A stretch of DNA of 64,000 bases from Candidatus Obscuribacteraceae bacterium (GTDB lineage Bacteria > Cyanobacteriota > Vampirovibrionia > Obscuribacterales > Obscuribacteraceae), in NCBI GenBank assembly GCA_044229845.1, contig JBGASG010000004.1:160001-224000 (forward strand), in the 5' to 3' direction. Within the stretch, counting starts at the first letter, position 1. Each line of letters starts with the position of its first letter. This document shows, one piece after another, positions 28,378-39,471 of this stretch. The notes beneath the pieces are model-generated. The model ran no database searches. It had not been told where the DNA came from and worked only from the letters and a program-made list of their open reading frames with translations. The translations under genes were made by a program, and so were the position numbers.

Positions 28378-29388
28378 ATGACACAAGGAAAACCGCGTCG
28401 CATTCTGGTCACAGGTGGAGGCGGCTTCATCGGCAGTCACGTGGTGGATGCGCTTCTGGCACGCGGAGACCGGGTGACCAGCCTGGACAATTTCAATCCT
28501 TTCTACGATCCGGCCATCAAGCGACTCAACATCGAAGAGCAAACGCACAACCCCGACTTCACCCTGGTGGAGGGAGACATCCGCGACGGCAGCAAGTTAG
28601 CGCTCGCTTTTGAAAACGGTCCGTTTGACGTCGTCGTACACCTGGCTGCTATGGCGGGCGTGCGCCCATCTCTTGCCGATCCTGAACTGTACATGGACGT
28701 GAATGTGCTGGGCACGCAAAGACTGATCGACTTCATCAACCTCAAGCAAACTAAATTGCCCCGATTTGTGCTCGGCTCATCGAGCTCCGTCTATGGCGAG
28801 CGTCCGCATGGTGCATTCAGCGAAGAAGATCGCGTCGACCGTCCCGTTTCACCTTATGCAGCATCAAAGGCTGCGGCAGAACTGGTCTGCCATGCAGCGC
28901 ACAAAATAAATGGATTGGACGTCGCCGTACTGCGCTTCTTCACAGTGTACGGACCGCGCCAGCGCCCCGACCTGGCAATTCATAAGTTCTGCCAGTTGAT
29001 CGAAGCCGACCAGCCGGTCGAGATGTTCGGCAACGGCAAGACGGCACGCGACTACACTTATGTGCATGATATCGTATCTGGTGTTACAGCGACGATCGAC
29101 AAACGCTTGCCTTCGGGCTTCGAGATCATCAATCTCGGGCGCGGCGAGCCCGTCACTCTCGATGACATGGTGAAAGCGCTGGAGAAGGCGCTCGACAAAC
29201 ACGCCATCATCGAGAAGACGCCTCCGCAAAAGGGCGATGTGCCATACACGCACGCCAACATTGATAAGGCGAAAAAACTGCTCAGTTACGACCCGCAAAC
29301 AACTCTCGATGAAGGCGTACGCTTCTTTGTGGAATGGCAGCGCTCCGTCAAAGAAAAACTGGGCAGCAGCACTTTCACGCACGCCTGA
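28378..29388 (+). CDS. NAD-dependent nucleotide-sugar epimerase (UDP-glucuronate 4-epimerase-like)
   Basis: TGGGGFIGSH, HLAAMAGVRPS, SSSSVYG, YAASK, RFFTVYGPRQRPDLA. Confidence 0.9.
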   Translation: MTQGKPRRILVTGGGGFIGSHVVDALLARGDRVTSLDNFNPFYDPAIKRLNIEEQTHNPDFTLVEGDIRDGSKLALAFENGPFDVVVHLAAMAGVRPSLADPELYMDVNVLGTQRLIDFINLKQTKLPRFVLGSSSSVYGERPHGAFSEEDRVDRPVSPYAASKAAAELVCHAAHKINGLDVAVLRFFTVYGPRQRPDLAIHKFCQLIEADQPVEMFGNGKTARDYTYVHDIVSGVTATIDKRLPSGFEIINLGRGEPVTLDDMVKALEKALDKHAIIEKTPPQKGDVPYTHANIDKAKKLLSYDPQTTLDEGVRFFVEWQRSVKEKLGSSTFTHA

Positions 29389-29390
29389 AG

Positions 29391-29416
29391 CGCCGGACCC
29401 GCCGGACCCGCCGGAC
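29391..29416. repeat. 9-bp tandem repeat CGCCGGACC x~3
   Basis: CGCCGGACC CGCCGGACC CGCCGGAC, directly after the epimerase stop. Confidence 0.7.
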
Positions 29417-29462
29417 TGATCATATAATTACTTATATAGGCTCCCGGGAGTCCCAGATCTGG

Positions 29463-30155
29463 ATGCAGCCACAGGCGCACGACGCCATCCGCAAGCTTCC
29501 CTTTCCTGACCTGGTCAAGTCGGTTCTCTGCCTGGCGATCATCTTTTTGTGCGGACAGCTGGCCCTGGTTTTCCCTTACGGTCGCACCGATTCGGGGACT
29601 GCAGGTCAGATAGTCGTGCTGGGATTTTTGCCCTGGCTGTACCTTTTCTATACCGCCATGCGACTCTTCAAATGGGCCAACAATGGACAGATTGACACCC
29701 GGACGATCAGATGGATCTGGCTGCATCTGCTCGCCGTGGTAGCCACGCTGGCAGGCGAAGTGCTGCTTTCCTGGGCGCTGATCGACAGCCGTTACATGCT
29801 CGGCGCGCCCTTCGGCAAAATTACCGAGTTGCATACGGCACCGACGCTGGCACTTTGTTTTGGTGCGCCATTTCTACTCGGCTTGCCCGCCTGCTTCTCG
29901 TTCAGCTTTGCCATGGCGCGCCTTGCCGGAGCGCCGCGCGCAGGTTTCATGCCGGGACTGCTCCTGTCCGTCGGCTTGCTCCATCCATTCACATTACTGG
30001 GCGCCACCACCAGCGGCATCGTGCTCTTCGGCGGACCCGCAGCTCTGGCAGCAGTGAGTTCCGAGTGCGTCTGGATATTCGCGGCTACCATCGGACTTTT
30101 GCTGGGAACGCTGGCGCTCGAGTCGTTAAGGGTCAGGCTTGCGGGGCTGTTTTGA
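29463..30155 (+). CDS. Hypothetical multi-pass membrane protein
   Basis: About six hydrophobic segments. Confidence 0.6.
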   Translation: MQPQAHDAIRKLPFPDLVKSVLCLAIIFLCGQLALVFPYGRTDSGTAGQIVVLGFLPWLYLFYTAMRLFKWANNGQIDTRTIRWIWLHLLAVVATLAGEVLLSWALIDSRYMLGAPFGKITELHTAPTLALCFGAPFLLGLPACFSFSFAMARLAGAPRAGFMPGLLLSVGLLHPFTLLGATTSGIVLFGGPAALAAVSSECVWIFAATIGLLLGTLALESLRVRLAGLF

Positions 30156-30173
30156 CGTTCGAGATCATCGCAA

Positions 30174-31046
30174 TCACTTGTTGCCGGACGACGGCAGATT
30201 TCCGCCTGGAATCAGAATATTCGAGCCGTGCGGAACATAAATTACTTCCGCATTCGGATTCAGTTTGCGTATAGCTTCCAGCCGCACATACTCGGGGCTT
30301 GAACCAAGCGCTTTGTTGGTGGCGAGAATCTTGTATGCTTCGGCATCAGCTGCGGTGCGCGTAATGTCGGCTTCTACTTTCGCCTTCTGCAATTCGTTGC
30401 GCTTCGCTTCCGCTTGCTGCAGCGCCACTTGTTTCATCTCCACCGCGTTTTGATACTCTTGCGAGAAACGCAAGTTGGTCAGCGAGATCAATTCCATCTC
30501 GATGTGACGCTCGGCAAGTTTCTTCTCGACGTACGCGCGAATAGCGGCTGAAACTTCCTCACGATTGGCCAGCAATTTATCGACCGGTTGTTTTGCAATC
30601 TCCGCCTTCAGCGCTTCGCGCACCACCGGTGTCACCACCTTGGTGTCGTAATCGAAACCGACGCTCTGATAAAGCGCGCCTAAAAATTCCGGCACGGGAT
30701 GGAAGTTGACGGTGATGTCGGTGTGAATCACTTGCTGGTCGGCGGAAACCGCTTCCTCACCAGTGAAAGTCATGTTCTGCGTGCGTATGTCGTGCGTGTA
30801 AACGGTTTGCAAAAACGGAATGATCAGATGAAACCCGGTCGGCAACACAGTCTTCTGCACACCTTCCATGCGGTTGAACACGACGCCGGCATACCCCGGC
30901 GGGATGACAATGGCAAAGGAGGTGCAGACGAAGATACCGCCGAACAGAATGAAACCCAGGATGCCGCCCAGCTTAGCCATTTGGTTTTTCGTGGCGGCAA
31001 AGACCACGATGCTGGCAATGGTCAAAAGAAATAGAATCGATTCCAT
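30174..31046 (-). CDS. SPFH/prohibitin (Band 7) family protein
   Basis: N-terminal TMs, GVVFN..G, GFHLIIPF, FS.EY..AVE.KQVA.Q. Confidence 0.9.
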   Translation of the reverse strand: MESILFLLTIASIVVFAATKNQMAKLGGILGFILFGGIFVCTSFAIVIPPGYAGVVFNRMEGVQKTVLPTGFHLIIPFLQTVYTHDIRTQNMTFTGEEAVSADQQVIHTDITVNFHPVPEFLGALYQSVGFDYDTKVVTPVVREALKAEIAKQPVDKLLANREEVSAAIRAYVEKKLAERHIEMELISLTNLRFSQEYQNAVEMKQVALQQAEAKRNELQKAKVEADITRTAADAEAYKILATNKALGSSPEYVRLEAIRKLNPNAEVIYVPHGSNILIPGGNLPSSGNK

Positions 31047-31056
31047 TTAGCAGTCC

Positions 31057-31407
31057 TCAAGGCTGGTCTTGTTTTTTCGGCATCTTTAGAAGTTTGGGCT
31101 CTGTAGAGCCCCGCTTTTCCCGCTCCACTTTGAGCGTCTCGGTATCCAGTCCGCTCATCTTCAAGTGATTGAGCAAGAACTCGTTCGTGAACTTTAAATC
31201 GGCAATCTCGTCCTTCAGCTCCAGAAGCTGCATTTCTTGCGCCTCGATACGCTCGCGCAAGTGCTCTTCGGCTGCCGGCAACATCAGCCGGTAGCGCTGT
31301 TTCATTTTTTCTGAGTAAGCCTCTGCCAGGGGGCGACCGATAGCCGCAATTGTGACAACCGACACAACGCCCAGAAACATGAGAAATGCCACTTCAAAGG
31401 CGATCAA
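31057..31407 (-). CDS. Small membrane-anchored coiled-coil protein
   Basis: TM helix then a heptad-like region; directly upstream of the SPFH gene. Confidence 0.55.
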   Translation of the reverse strand: MIAFEVAFLMFLGVVSVVTIAAIGRPLAEAYSEKMKQRYRLMLPAAEEHLRERIEAQEMQLLELKDEIADLKFTNEFLLNHLKMSGLDTETLKVEREKRGSTEPKLLKMPKKQDQP

Positions 31408-31457
31408 GAACCCACCCAGCCCCTAAATGACGACAATATACACCTTGCGACAAAAAG

Positions 31458-31487
31458 TTGACACAAAATCGGGATCACAGGCATAAT
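31458..31487 (+). promoter_or_regulatory. sigma70-like promoter of the tRNA(CAT)
   Basis: TTGACA-18 nt-CATAAT, 10 nt upstream of the tRNA. Confidence 0.65.
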
Positions 31488-31497
31488 CAGAAATTGC

Positions 31498-31571
31498 GTC
31501 ACGGTAGCTCAGATGGTTAGAGCGAGGCACTCATAACGCCTAGGTCGGCAGTTCAATTCTGCCCCGTGACA
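31498..31571 (+). tRNA. tRNA with CAT anticodon (elongator Met most likely; Ile2 not excluded)
   Basis: Acceptor stem GTCACGG/CCGTGAC; D-arm AGCTCAGATGGTTAGAGC; loop CTCATAA; T-loop TTCAATT. Paired G1-C72, so not the initiator. CCA not encoded. Confidence 0.9.
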
Positions 31572-31698
31572 GATTTTTCGCCGCCCAGTGCGGATTCCCC
31601 AGCAAGCAAAAAGCCGAGCACCAGATTTAGTGCGCGGCTATCACCATATGCAGTGGCGTGAAGAAACGCTGCGGCGCGGCGCGCGCAGCGCGTTTCTT

Positions 31699-32028
31699 TT
31701 ATGAACCCTCTTCGGGTCCGCCTTCTTCGTCGGTGTCCATTTCGCTTGCCAGTTCTTTGACAAAGGCGATGACACGCTCAAATTCTTCGTCGCTTTCGAT
31801 GGTGCGGAAAATTGCCTGATCGTCCTTTTGAATCAACTGCATGATGACGGTGGAAGCTTCTTCCTTGTCTTCATCCTTGTTTTCACCGGCTTCGCCCATA
31901 TTGAGCAACAGCGCATATTCTTTGCCTTCGAATTCGAAGACGCCCAGAATGCGGCAGTCATAAGAGCGACCATCTTCTCCCTCGAGAGTGATGATTTGTT
32001 CGTCCAGGTTATTCGCTGCTTGACTCAT
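31699..32028 (-). CDS. DUF1292-like acidic protein
   Basis: IITLEGEDG...FEFEGKEYALL...IESDEEFERV. Confidence 0.75.
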   Translation of the reverse strand: MSQAANNLDEQIITLEGEDGRSYDCRILGVFEFEGKEYALLLNMGEAGENKDEDKEEASTVIMQLIQKDDQAIFRTIESDEEFERVIAFVKELASEMDTDEEGGPEEGS

Positions 32029-32038
32029 GTTCTTCCTT

Positions 32039-34716
<2,678 letters not shown>

Positions 34717-34718
34717 CT

Positions 34719-35534
34719 ATGAGCTACAGAAGCAACCGCACTGAAGATCGCGAAGACGAAGAAAACGAGAAGGACAACGGCTCGGAATCTTCCGAATCCG
34801 GCTCTGATAAAGAACAGGAAGATGAGGACAAAGACTCAGGCGGCAAACGCCGCGTCTTCCTTTTCGGGCGGCTGGAAAACGAAGTTGCACTGCCGGTGAT
34901 CAAGCGCTTGCTGCGCTTGAATGACAAGGATCCGAAAACCCCGATCGATCTGATTATCAACTCGGCCGGCGGAAATGGTTATAACGCCGATGCGATCATT
35001 GCCACCATTCACAGCTTGAGCGCTCCGGTCAACACGATCTGCTTCGGACATGCACTCTCCGGAGCCTGCGAGATTCTCGCTTCCGGCACCGGCATGCGCA
35101 AAGCTTACGAGTTCGCTACTTTGATGTTTCACCAGACCCTCTGGGAAGCGGACGGCGACATCACCAACCTGGAGATTCAAGCCAAGCAAGGACTGAAATT
35201 CCGTGATGCGCAAATTGATCTGCTGGCCCGTTGCAGCGGCCAAGACAAGAAGATCATTCGTCAGGACATCGAACGAGACCACTACATGACCTCCAAGGAA
35301 GCGCTGGCATACGGGCTGATCGACGAGATCGTTCACCACCGTCACGTGCGCATGCCTGAGCGCAGACGGGCAGCAGCTGCTTCGGCAGCAGCAGCCGCCG
35401 CTGAGCAAGCCGCACAGGCAGCCCAAGCCGCGCCTGCAAAGGTGCGCGCCGCCGCCCGCGCCGTCAAGAAAACCACAGCCTCTCGCACCAAGAGTCAGAG
35501 CCGTCGCGGCAAGCGCGGCACCAAAGCCGGTTAA
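34719..35534 (+). CDS. clpP: ClpP-family protease subunit with an acidic N-terminal and an Ala/Arg/Lys-rich C-terminal extension
   Basis: IINSAGG, GHALSGA (Ser), MFHQ (His), ERDHYM (Asp), EALAYGLIDEI. Confidence 0.8.
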   Translation: MSYRSNRTEDREDEENEKDNGSESSESGSDKEQEDEDKDSGGKRRVFLFGRLENEVALPVIKRLLRLNDKDPKTPIDLIINSAGGNGYNADAIIATIHSLSAPVNTICFGHALSGACEILASGTGMRKAYEFATLMFHQTLWEADGDITNLEIQAKQGLKFRDAQIDLLARCSGQDKKIIRQDIERDHYMTSKEALAYGLIDEIVHHRHVRMPERRRAAAASAAAAAAEQAAQAAQAAPAKVRAAARAVKKTTASRTKSQSRRGKRGTKAG

Positions 35535-35564
35535 ACCGGATAAAAATAGAAGGATCGAGCTCAA

Positions 35565-35993
35565 ATGCCAGCAACAATCAAACTCAATTTGATCACCCCC
35601 GAACGCATCGTCTTCCAAGACATGGTGTCTCAAGTGGTGGCAATGTCCACTGAGGGCGAGCTGGCGATTTTGCCGGGACACGAACCGCTGGTGACGCCGC
35701 TGGCAATTGACGTCGTGCGTTTCACGCGCGCCAACGGAGAAGAAGACCATGCCGCGGTGATGGGCGGCGTCCTGGAAGTACGCGAGAACGACGTCACGGT
35801 GCTCAGCGATGTCGCTGAACTCGGTGATGAAATCGAAGAAGCTCGCGCCAAGGCGGCGAAAGAAAGATCGGAAGCCGAGAAGACAACCAAGACCGACAAG
35901 CTCGATGTGTACGCCAGCGAAATGGCCATCTCCCGCGCCATCACCCGCCTGAAAGCCGTCGAACTGCGCAACCGCAAACGTCGCTCGCTCTAA
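35565..35993 (+). CDS. atpC: F0F1 ATP synthase subunit epsilon
   Basis: LITPER, GELAILPGHEPL, AVMGGVLEV; C-terminal helical hairpin. Confidence 0.92.
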   Translation: MPATIKLNLITPERIVFQDMVSQVVAMSTEGELAILPGHEPLVTPLAIDVVRFTRANGEEDHAAVMGGVLEVRENDVTVLSDVAELGDEIEEARAKAAKERSEAEKTTKTDKLDVYASEMAISRAITRLKAVELRNRKRRSL

Positions 35994-36009
35994 GCCAAGC
36001 ATCAGCACA

Positions 36010-37221
36010 ATGCCCAATCCAGCCGAGCACGCAACGCGGTCCGCGTTCCAACTAAATGCGCGGCTGCAGAGCATGAACTGCATCCGCTGCCGGAAGGCGT
36101 TCGCGCTCACCGACAAGATCGTCGACCAGTTGCTGGGCTGCCCGCAATGCTTGTCGACCGGGTATCCGGCTGCTTTGCGCTGCCACTACGCTGACGAAGG
36201 ACAGTTTCACATCGATGAAACCGGGCAACGTCTGGCGCGCTACCGGCAGATGCTGCCGTTTCTCATTTTTCCGACATTGGGCGAAGGAGCAACCGCGCTG
36301 ATTTGCCGCGACGACCTGTCCAGCCAACTGGGCGTGCGCTCCGTCTGGCTAAAGTACGAAGGATTGAACCCGACCGGCTCGCACAAAGATCGCATGAGCC
36401 CTTTCATCGCCGCTCGCGCCGCCTCTCTCGGTTTCACAACTCTGGTGGCGGCGTCCTCCGGCAATGCCGGAGTTTCTCTTTCCGCCTATGCGGCGGCGGC
36501 CGGCCTGTCCGCTTGCATTGCCGCCACCAATGAAGTGAGCGACGCCTTCTACACAGCGATGCTGGCGACCGGCGCTACAGTCGAACGCATGGACGAGGAC
36601 GCTCGCTGGCCCTTTGTGCGCCGGATGGTCGAAGAGAAAGGCTACTACCCGGCGACGAATTATCTGGAGCCGCCCGTCTCCAGCAATCCATTTGGGGTGG
36701 ACGGATACAAGACAGTCGCCTATGAGCTTTTCGAACAGCTGCAATCGCCGGTATCCGAATCATTGCCCACTAAGATACTGATTCCCACTTGCCGCGGCGA
36801 TGTGCTGGCGGGCATTGCCTACGGCTTCGAAGAACTTTGCCGCGCCGGACTGCTGGCGCCCGCACCGCAACTGGTGGCAGTGGAGCCAGCCCGCCGCCTG
36901 GAATTGGTTCTGTCAGGCTCCGACTACCGGCAGTCATTCGCCACCGAGTCGCACGGCATGCACTCAATCGGTGGTGACACCGCCACCTTCCAATCGAAAA
37001 ATGCGCTGACAGCCTCGCAGGGCTCAGCCGTTACAGTTTCCAATGCGAACGCGCTGAAGGCGCAACGCGACCTGGCGGCCGGCGGCATGCACGTCGAACT
37101 GTCATCCGCTGCCGCCCTCGCCGGCGCCCGGGACATGCAGGCGCGCGGCCAATTATCACCGGACGATGTTCTCGTCTTGCTGATCACCGCCAGCGGTGCC
37201 AGAGAAGAACACGTCCCGTAA
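36010..37221 (+). CDS. Threonine-synthase-like PLP-dependent enzyme with an N-terminal Cys pair
   Basis: [41 protein letters not shown]. Confidence 0.8.
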   Translation: MPNPAEHATRSAFQLNARLQSMNCIRCRKAFALTDKIVDQLLGCPQCLSTGYPAALRCHYADEGQFHIDETGQRLARYRQMLPFLIFPTLGEGATALICRDDLSSQLGVRSVWLKYEGLNPTGSHKDRMSPFIAARAASLGFTTLVAASSGNAGVSLSAYAAAAGLSACIAATNEVSDAFYTAMLATGATVERMDEDARWPFVRRMVEEKGYYPATNYLEPPVSSNPFGVDGYKTVAYELFEQLQSPVSESLPTKILIPTCRGDVLAGIAYGFEELCRAGLLAPAPQLVAVEPARRLELVLSGSDYRQSFATESHGMHSIGGDTATFQSKNALTASQGSAVTVSNANALKAQRDLAAGGMHVELSSAAALAGARDMQARGQLSPDDVLVLLITASGAREEHVP

Positions 37222-37536
37222 CTACTCAATACTTCAACTGGTAATTCAAGGTAGGCAATTCCTTGTCTTCAACCCACACCTTGACCCAATACTTGCCGTT
37301 TTCAAATCCATCCAGGTGCCAGCATGCATAAATCTCGCCATCGTGGCACCGCTCACTGCAGAGCGGCGCTTTGACAATGGGGATTCCGACTCGAAAGTAT
37401 ATCGGTCGGAGGCATAATCATTTGCACTTCCTTCTGATTTAATCTGTGACAGCTTGCCTACAGTGCCAGGTAGACGCGGATTTCAGCCGTAGTTTCCTCA
37501 TTGACCATGGGTCCATTTTGCAACGAGAATGGAACT

Positions 37537-37719
37537 ATGAAATTGTTCAGGGGCTACTACTTCCTGCTTTATCCTCTAGTAGGCGCCGCGCTGGGGTGCT
37601 ACCTCGGCTATCAGATGGAAGACCTTCAAACTGGTTGTATAGACGGTTTCATACTCGGTTCTTTGGCTGCAATTTGGTACTGGATAAGGCGAGCCGGCAG
37701 ATATGGACTTTGGCTCTGA
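37537..37719 (+). CDS. Small two-TM membrane protein
   Basis: 60 aa; two Gly-rich hydrophobic helices. Confidence 0.45.
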   Translation: MKLFRGYYFLLYPLVGAALGCYLGYQMEDLQTGCIDGFILGSLAAIWYWIRRAGRYGLWL

Positions 37720-37780
37720 GAATTTTCCTTGCGACAACATGACCGAAAATATGCGTACTCGGCTGCAGTGAGATCGTAGA

Positions 37781-38209
37781 TTGTTGTACTACACACTAGG
37801 GGTTCAATGCGTCGGCAGTTTTGATACTGTTGAAGACGACGACACAGGCGCGATCATAGGAAAGGAATTGGTTCTGGAACATTGGCCTGAGGACGACATT
37901 CTATGCGGCATTAGCGGCGGGAATTTTGTGACTCGTTCCTTGGCGAACGCTTTGCAAACCTCTGGGTTGACCGGTTTTGCGATCAGGTCTGTGAAAGTCG
38001 TCGACGGCGATCAATTCTTTGTTTGTCGAAAGAGTCGGCGAGGACAGAGGCGTCCGCAGATATTTGAGATTCAGATAACAGGCACTGCTGGCAAAGACGA
38101 TTTCGGCCGAGACAAGCATTTAGTCGTATCTGAAAAGGCCATGGAACTATTGAAGAAATTCACACTGAAGTACCGCACCCTCAACAAATATCGAGGAGCC
38201 GATGAGTAG
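37781..38209 (+). CDS. Hypothetical protein, resembling orphan polymorphic-toxin immunity proteins
   Basis: W.EDDIL, FVT..LA.AL..SGLTGF, G..GKDDFG, LVVSEKA pattern; family call from memory. Confidence 0.5.
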   Translation: MLYYTLGVQCVGSFDTVEDDDTGAIIGKELVLEHWPEDDILCGISGGNFVTRSLANALQTSGLTGFAIRSVKVVDGDQFFVCRKSRRGQRRPQIFEIQITGTAGKDDFGRDKHLVVSEKAMELLKKFTLKYRTLNKYRGADE

Positions 38210-38220
38210 ACGAAATCCGC

Positions 38221-38673
38221 GTGCGCACTCTTCCGAAAATGTGCGCTAACAGCAGTGTCGCGGATGGCATGACGTATGCGGCAGCGGCGAGGCAACTGGG
38301 AATCACGCCAGCAAAACTGCGCAGCTGGGTCCACAAATGGAAGCGCGAGTCGCAGCTAGCGCAGGAAAACCACAAAGATTCCTTTCTGCAGGAGCGGGTC
38401 GGACATGTTTTCGACCAGTCCGGCGAGCTTCTTCATCTCGGACACATCAACGCTGTGGAACGGGCTGTAGAGAGTTTCTTGAAAGGCATCCGCAGCTGCA
38501 GCCGAGATTTCTTCATCGCGCAAGATTATGGAGAAACGGGCTTGATGGGCAGTCTCAGGATGAAACTCGAGAATGCGCCGCCCGGCAAAGCGCGATTCAC
38601 CCGCGGCGATCCAGCCGGGGGAAAACTGAATAGAACGGATCACACCGCAATCAGATATGGTGGCACCGGCTGA
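38221..38673 (+). CDS. Hypothetical protein with a transposase-like HTH; possible remnant
   Basis: AAAARQLGITPAKLRSWVHKW HTH; no DDE domain or IRs seen. Confidence 0.35.
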   Translation: MRTLPKMCANSSVADGMTYAAAARQLGITPAKLRSWVHKWKRESQLAQENHKDSFLQERVGHVFDQSGELLHLGHINAVERAVESFLKGIRSCSRDFFIAQDYGETGLMGSLRMKLENAPPGKARFTRGDPAGGKLNRTDHTAIRYGGTG

Positions 38674-38678
38674 TGGCA

Positions 38679-39470
38679 CTAAAATGCCTGATCGGTAGGA
38701 CGGATGAGGATTTCGTTGACACTCACCGAACGCGGTTGGGTGACTGCATAGACGATCGAATTAGCAATGTCCTCGGCCGTCAGTGGTGTCATCTTCGCCA
38801 CCCACTCCTTGACGGTCGATTTGGTTTTGTCGTCGGCGATGTGATCGGTGAGTTCGGTTGCCACCGCCCCTGGTTCAATCAAAGTGATGCGGATGCCCTT
38901 CGTCTGCACTTCCTGACGCAATCCTTCAGCGAAAGCGTTGACGGCAAATTTGGTGGCACTGTAAACCGCGCTGCGGGCCGACACCAGACGTCCGGAAACC
39001 GACGAGATGTTGATGACGTCGCCTGCACCCTGCTTGAGCATGGTCGGCAACACTGCGTGCGTGCAGTACATCAGCCCGAGCACGTTGATATCGATCATCT
39101 TCTTCCAGTCGTCGGGATTGGCGCCTTCCACCGGTCCGACATACATGACGCCGGCGTTGTTGATCAACACATCGATGCGTCCCAGTTTGTCGGCGGTTTC
39201 TTTGACGGCATGCGCCACTTGCTTCGGATCTGAAACGTCGGTAACGAAGTGGAGCGGTCGCTTCAATCCTTCCTTCTCGATGCTCTCGGCCAGCGCCGTC
39301 ATGCGATCTTCGCGCCGAGCGATCAAGACCACCTGGGCACCGGCGCGAGCCAGCGCTGCAGCCGTCGCTTCGCCGATGCCGGACGAGGCACCAGTGACGA
39401 TGGCAACCTTGTCCTTGAGTTTCAGTTCCGTGTTAGCTGAAGAAGCAGGTGCCGTCGAGGTTTTAGACAT
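38679..39470 (-). CDS. SDR-family oxidoreductase
   Basis: TGASSGIG, NNAG, YSATK, IEPG, EILIRP. Confidence 0.92.
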   Translation of the reverse strand: MSKTSTAPASSANTELKLKDKVAIVTGASSGIGEATAAALARAGAQVVLIARREDRMTALAESIEKEGLKRPLHFVTDVSDPKQVAHAVKETADKLGRIDVLINNAGVMYVGPVEGANPDDWKKMIDINVLGLMYCTHAVLPTMLKQGAGDVINISSVSGRLVSARSAVYSATKFAVNAFAEGLRQEVQTKGIRITLIEPGAVATELTDHIADDKTKSTVKEWVAKMTPLTAEDIANSIVYAVTQPRSVSVNEILIRPTDQAF

Positions 39471-39471
39471 T

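Noticed and set aside
31498..31700. tRNA as an integration site for an island (also tRNA-Glu at 54281)
   Set aside because: No integrase and no duplicated tRNA 3' end noticed; flanking genes are housekeeping.
38221..38673. Intact IS element
   Set aside because: Only an HTH-like stretch; no catalytic transposase domain or terminal inverted repeats seen.
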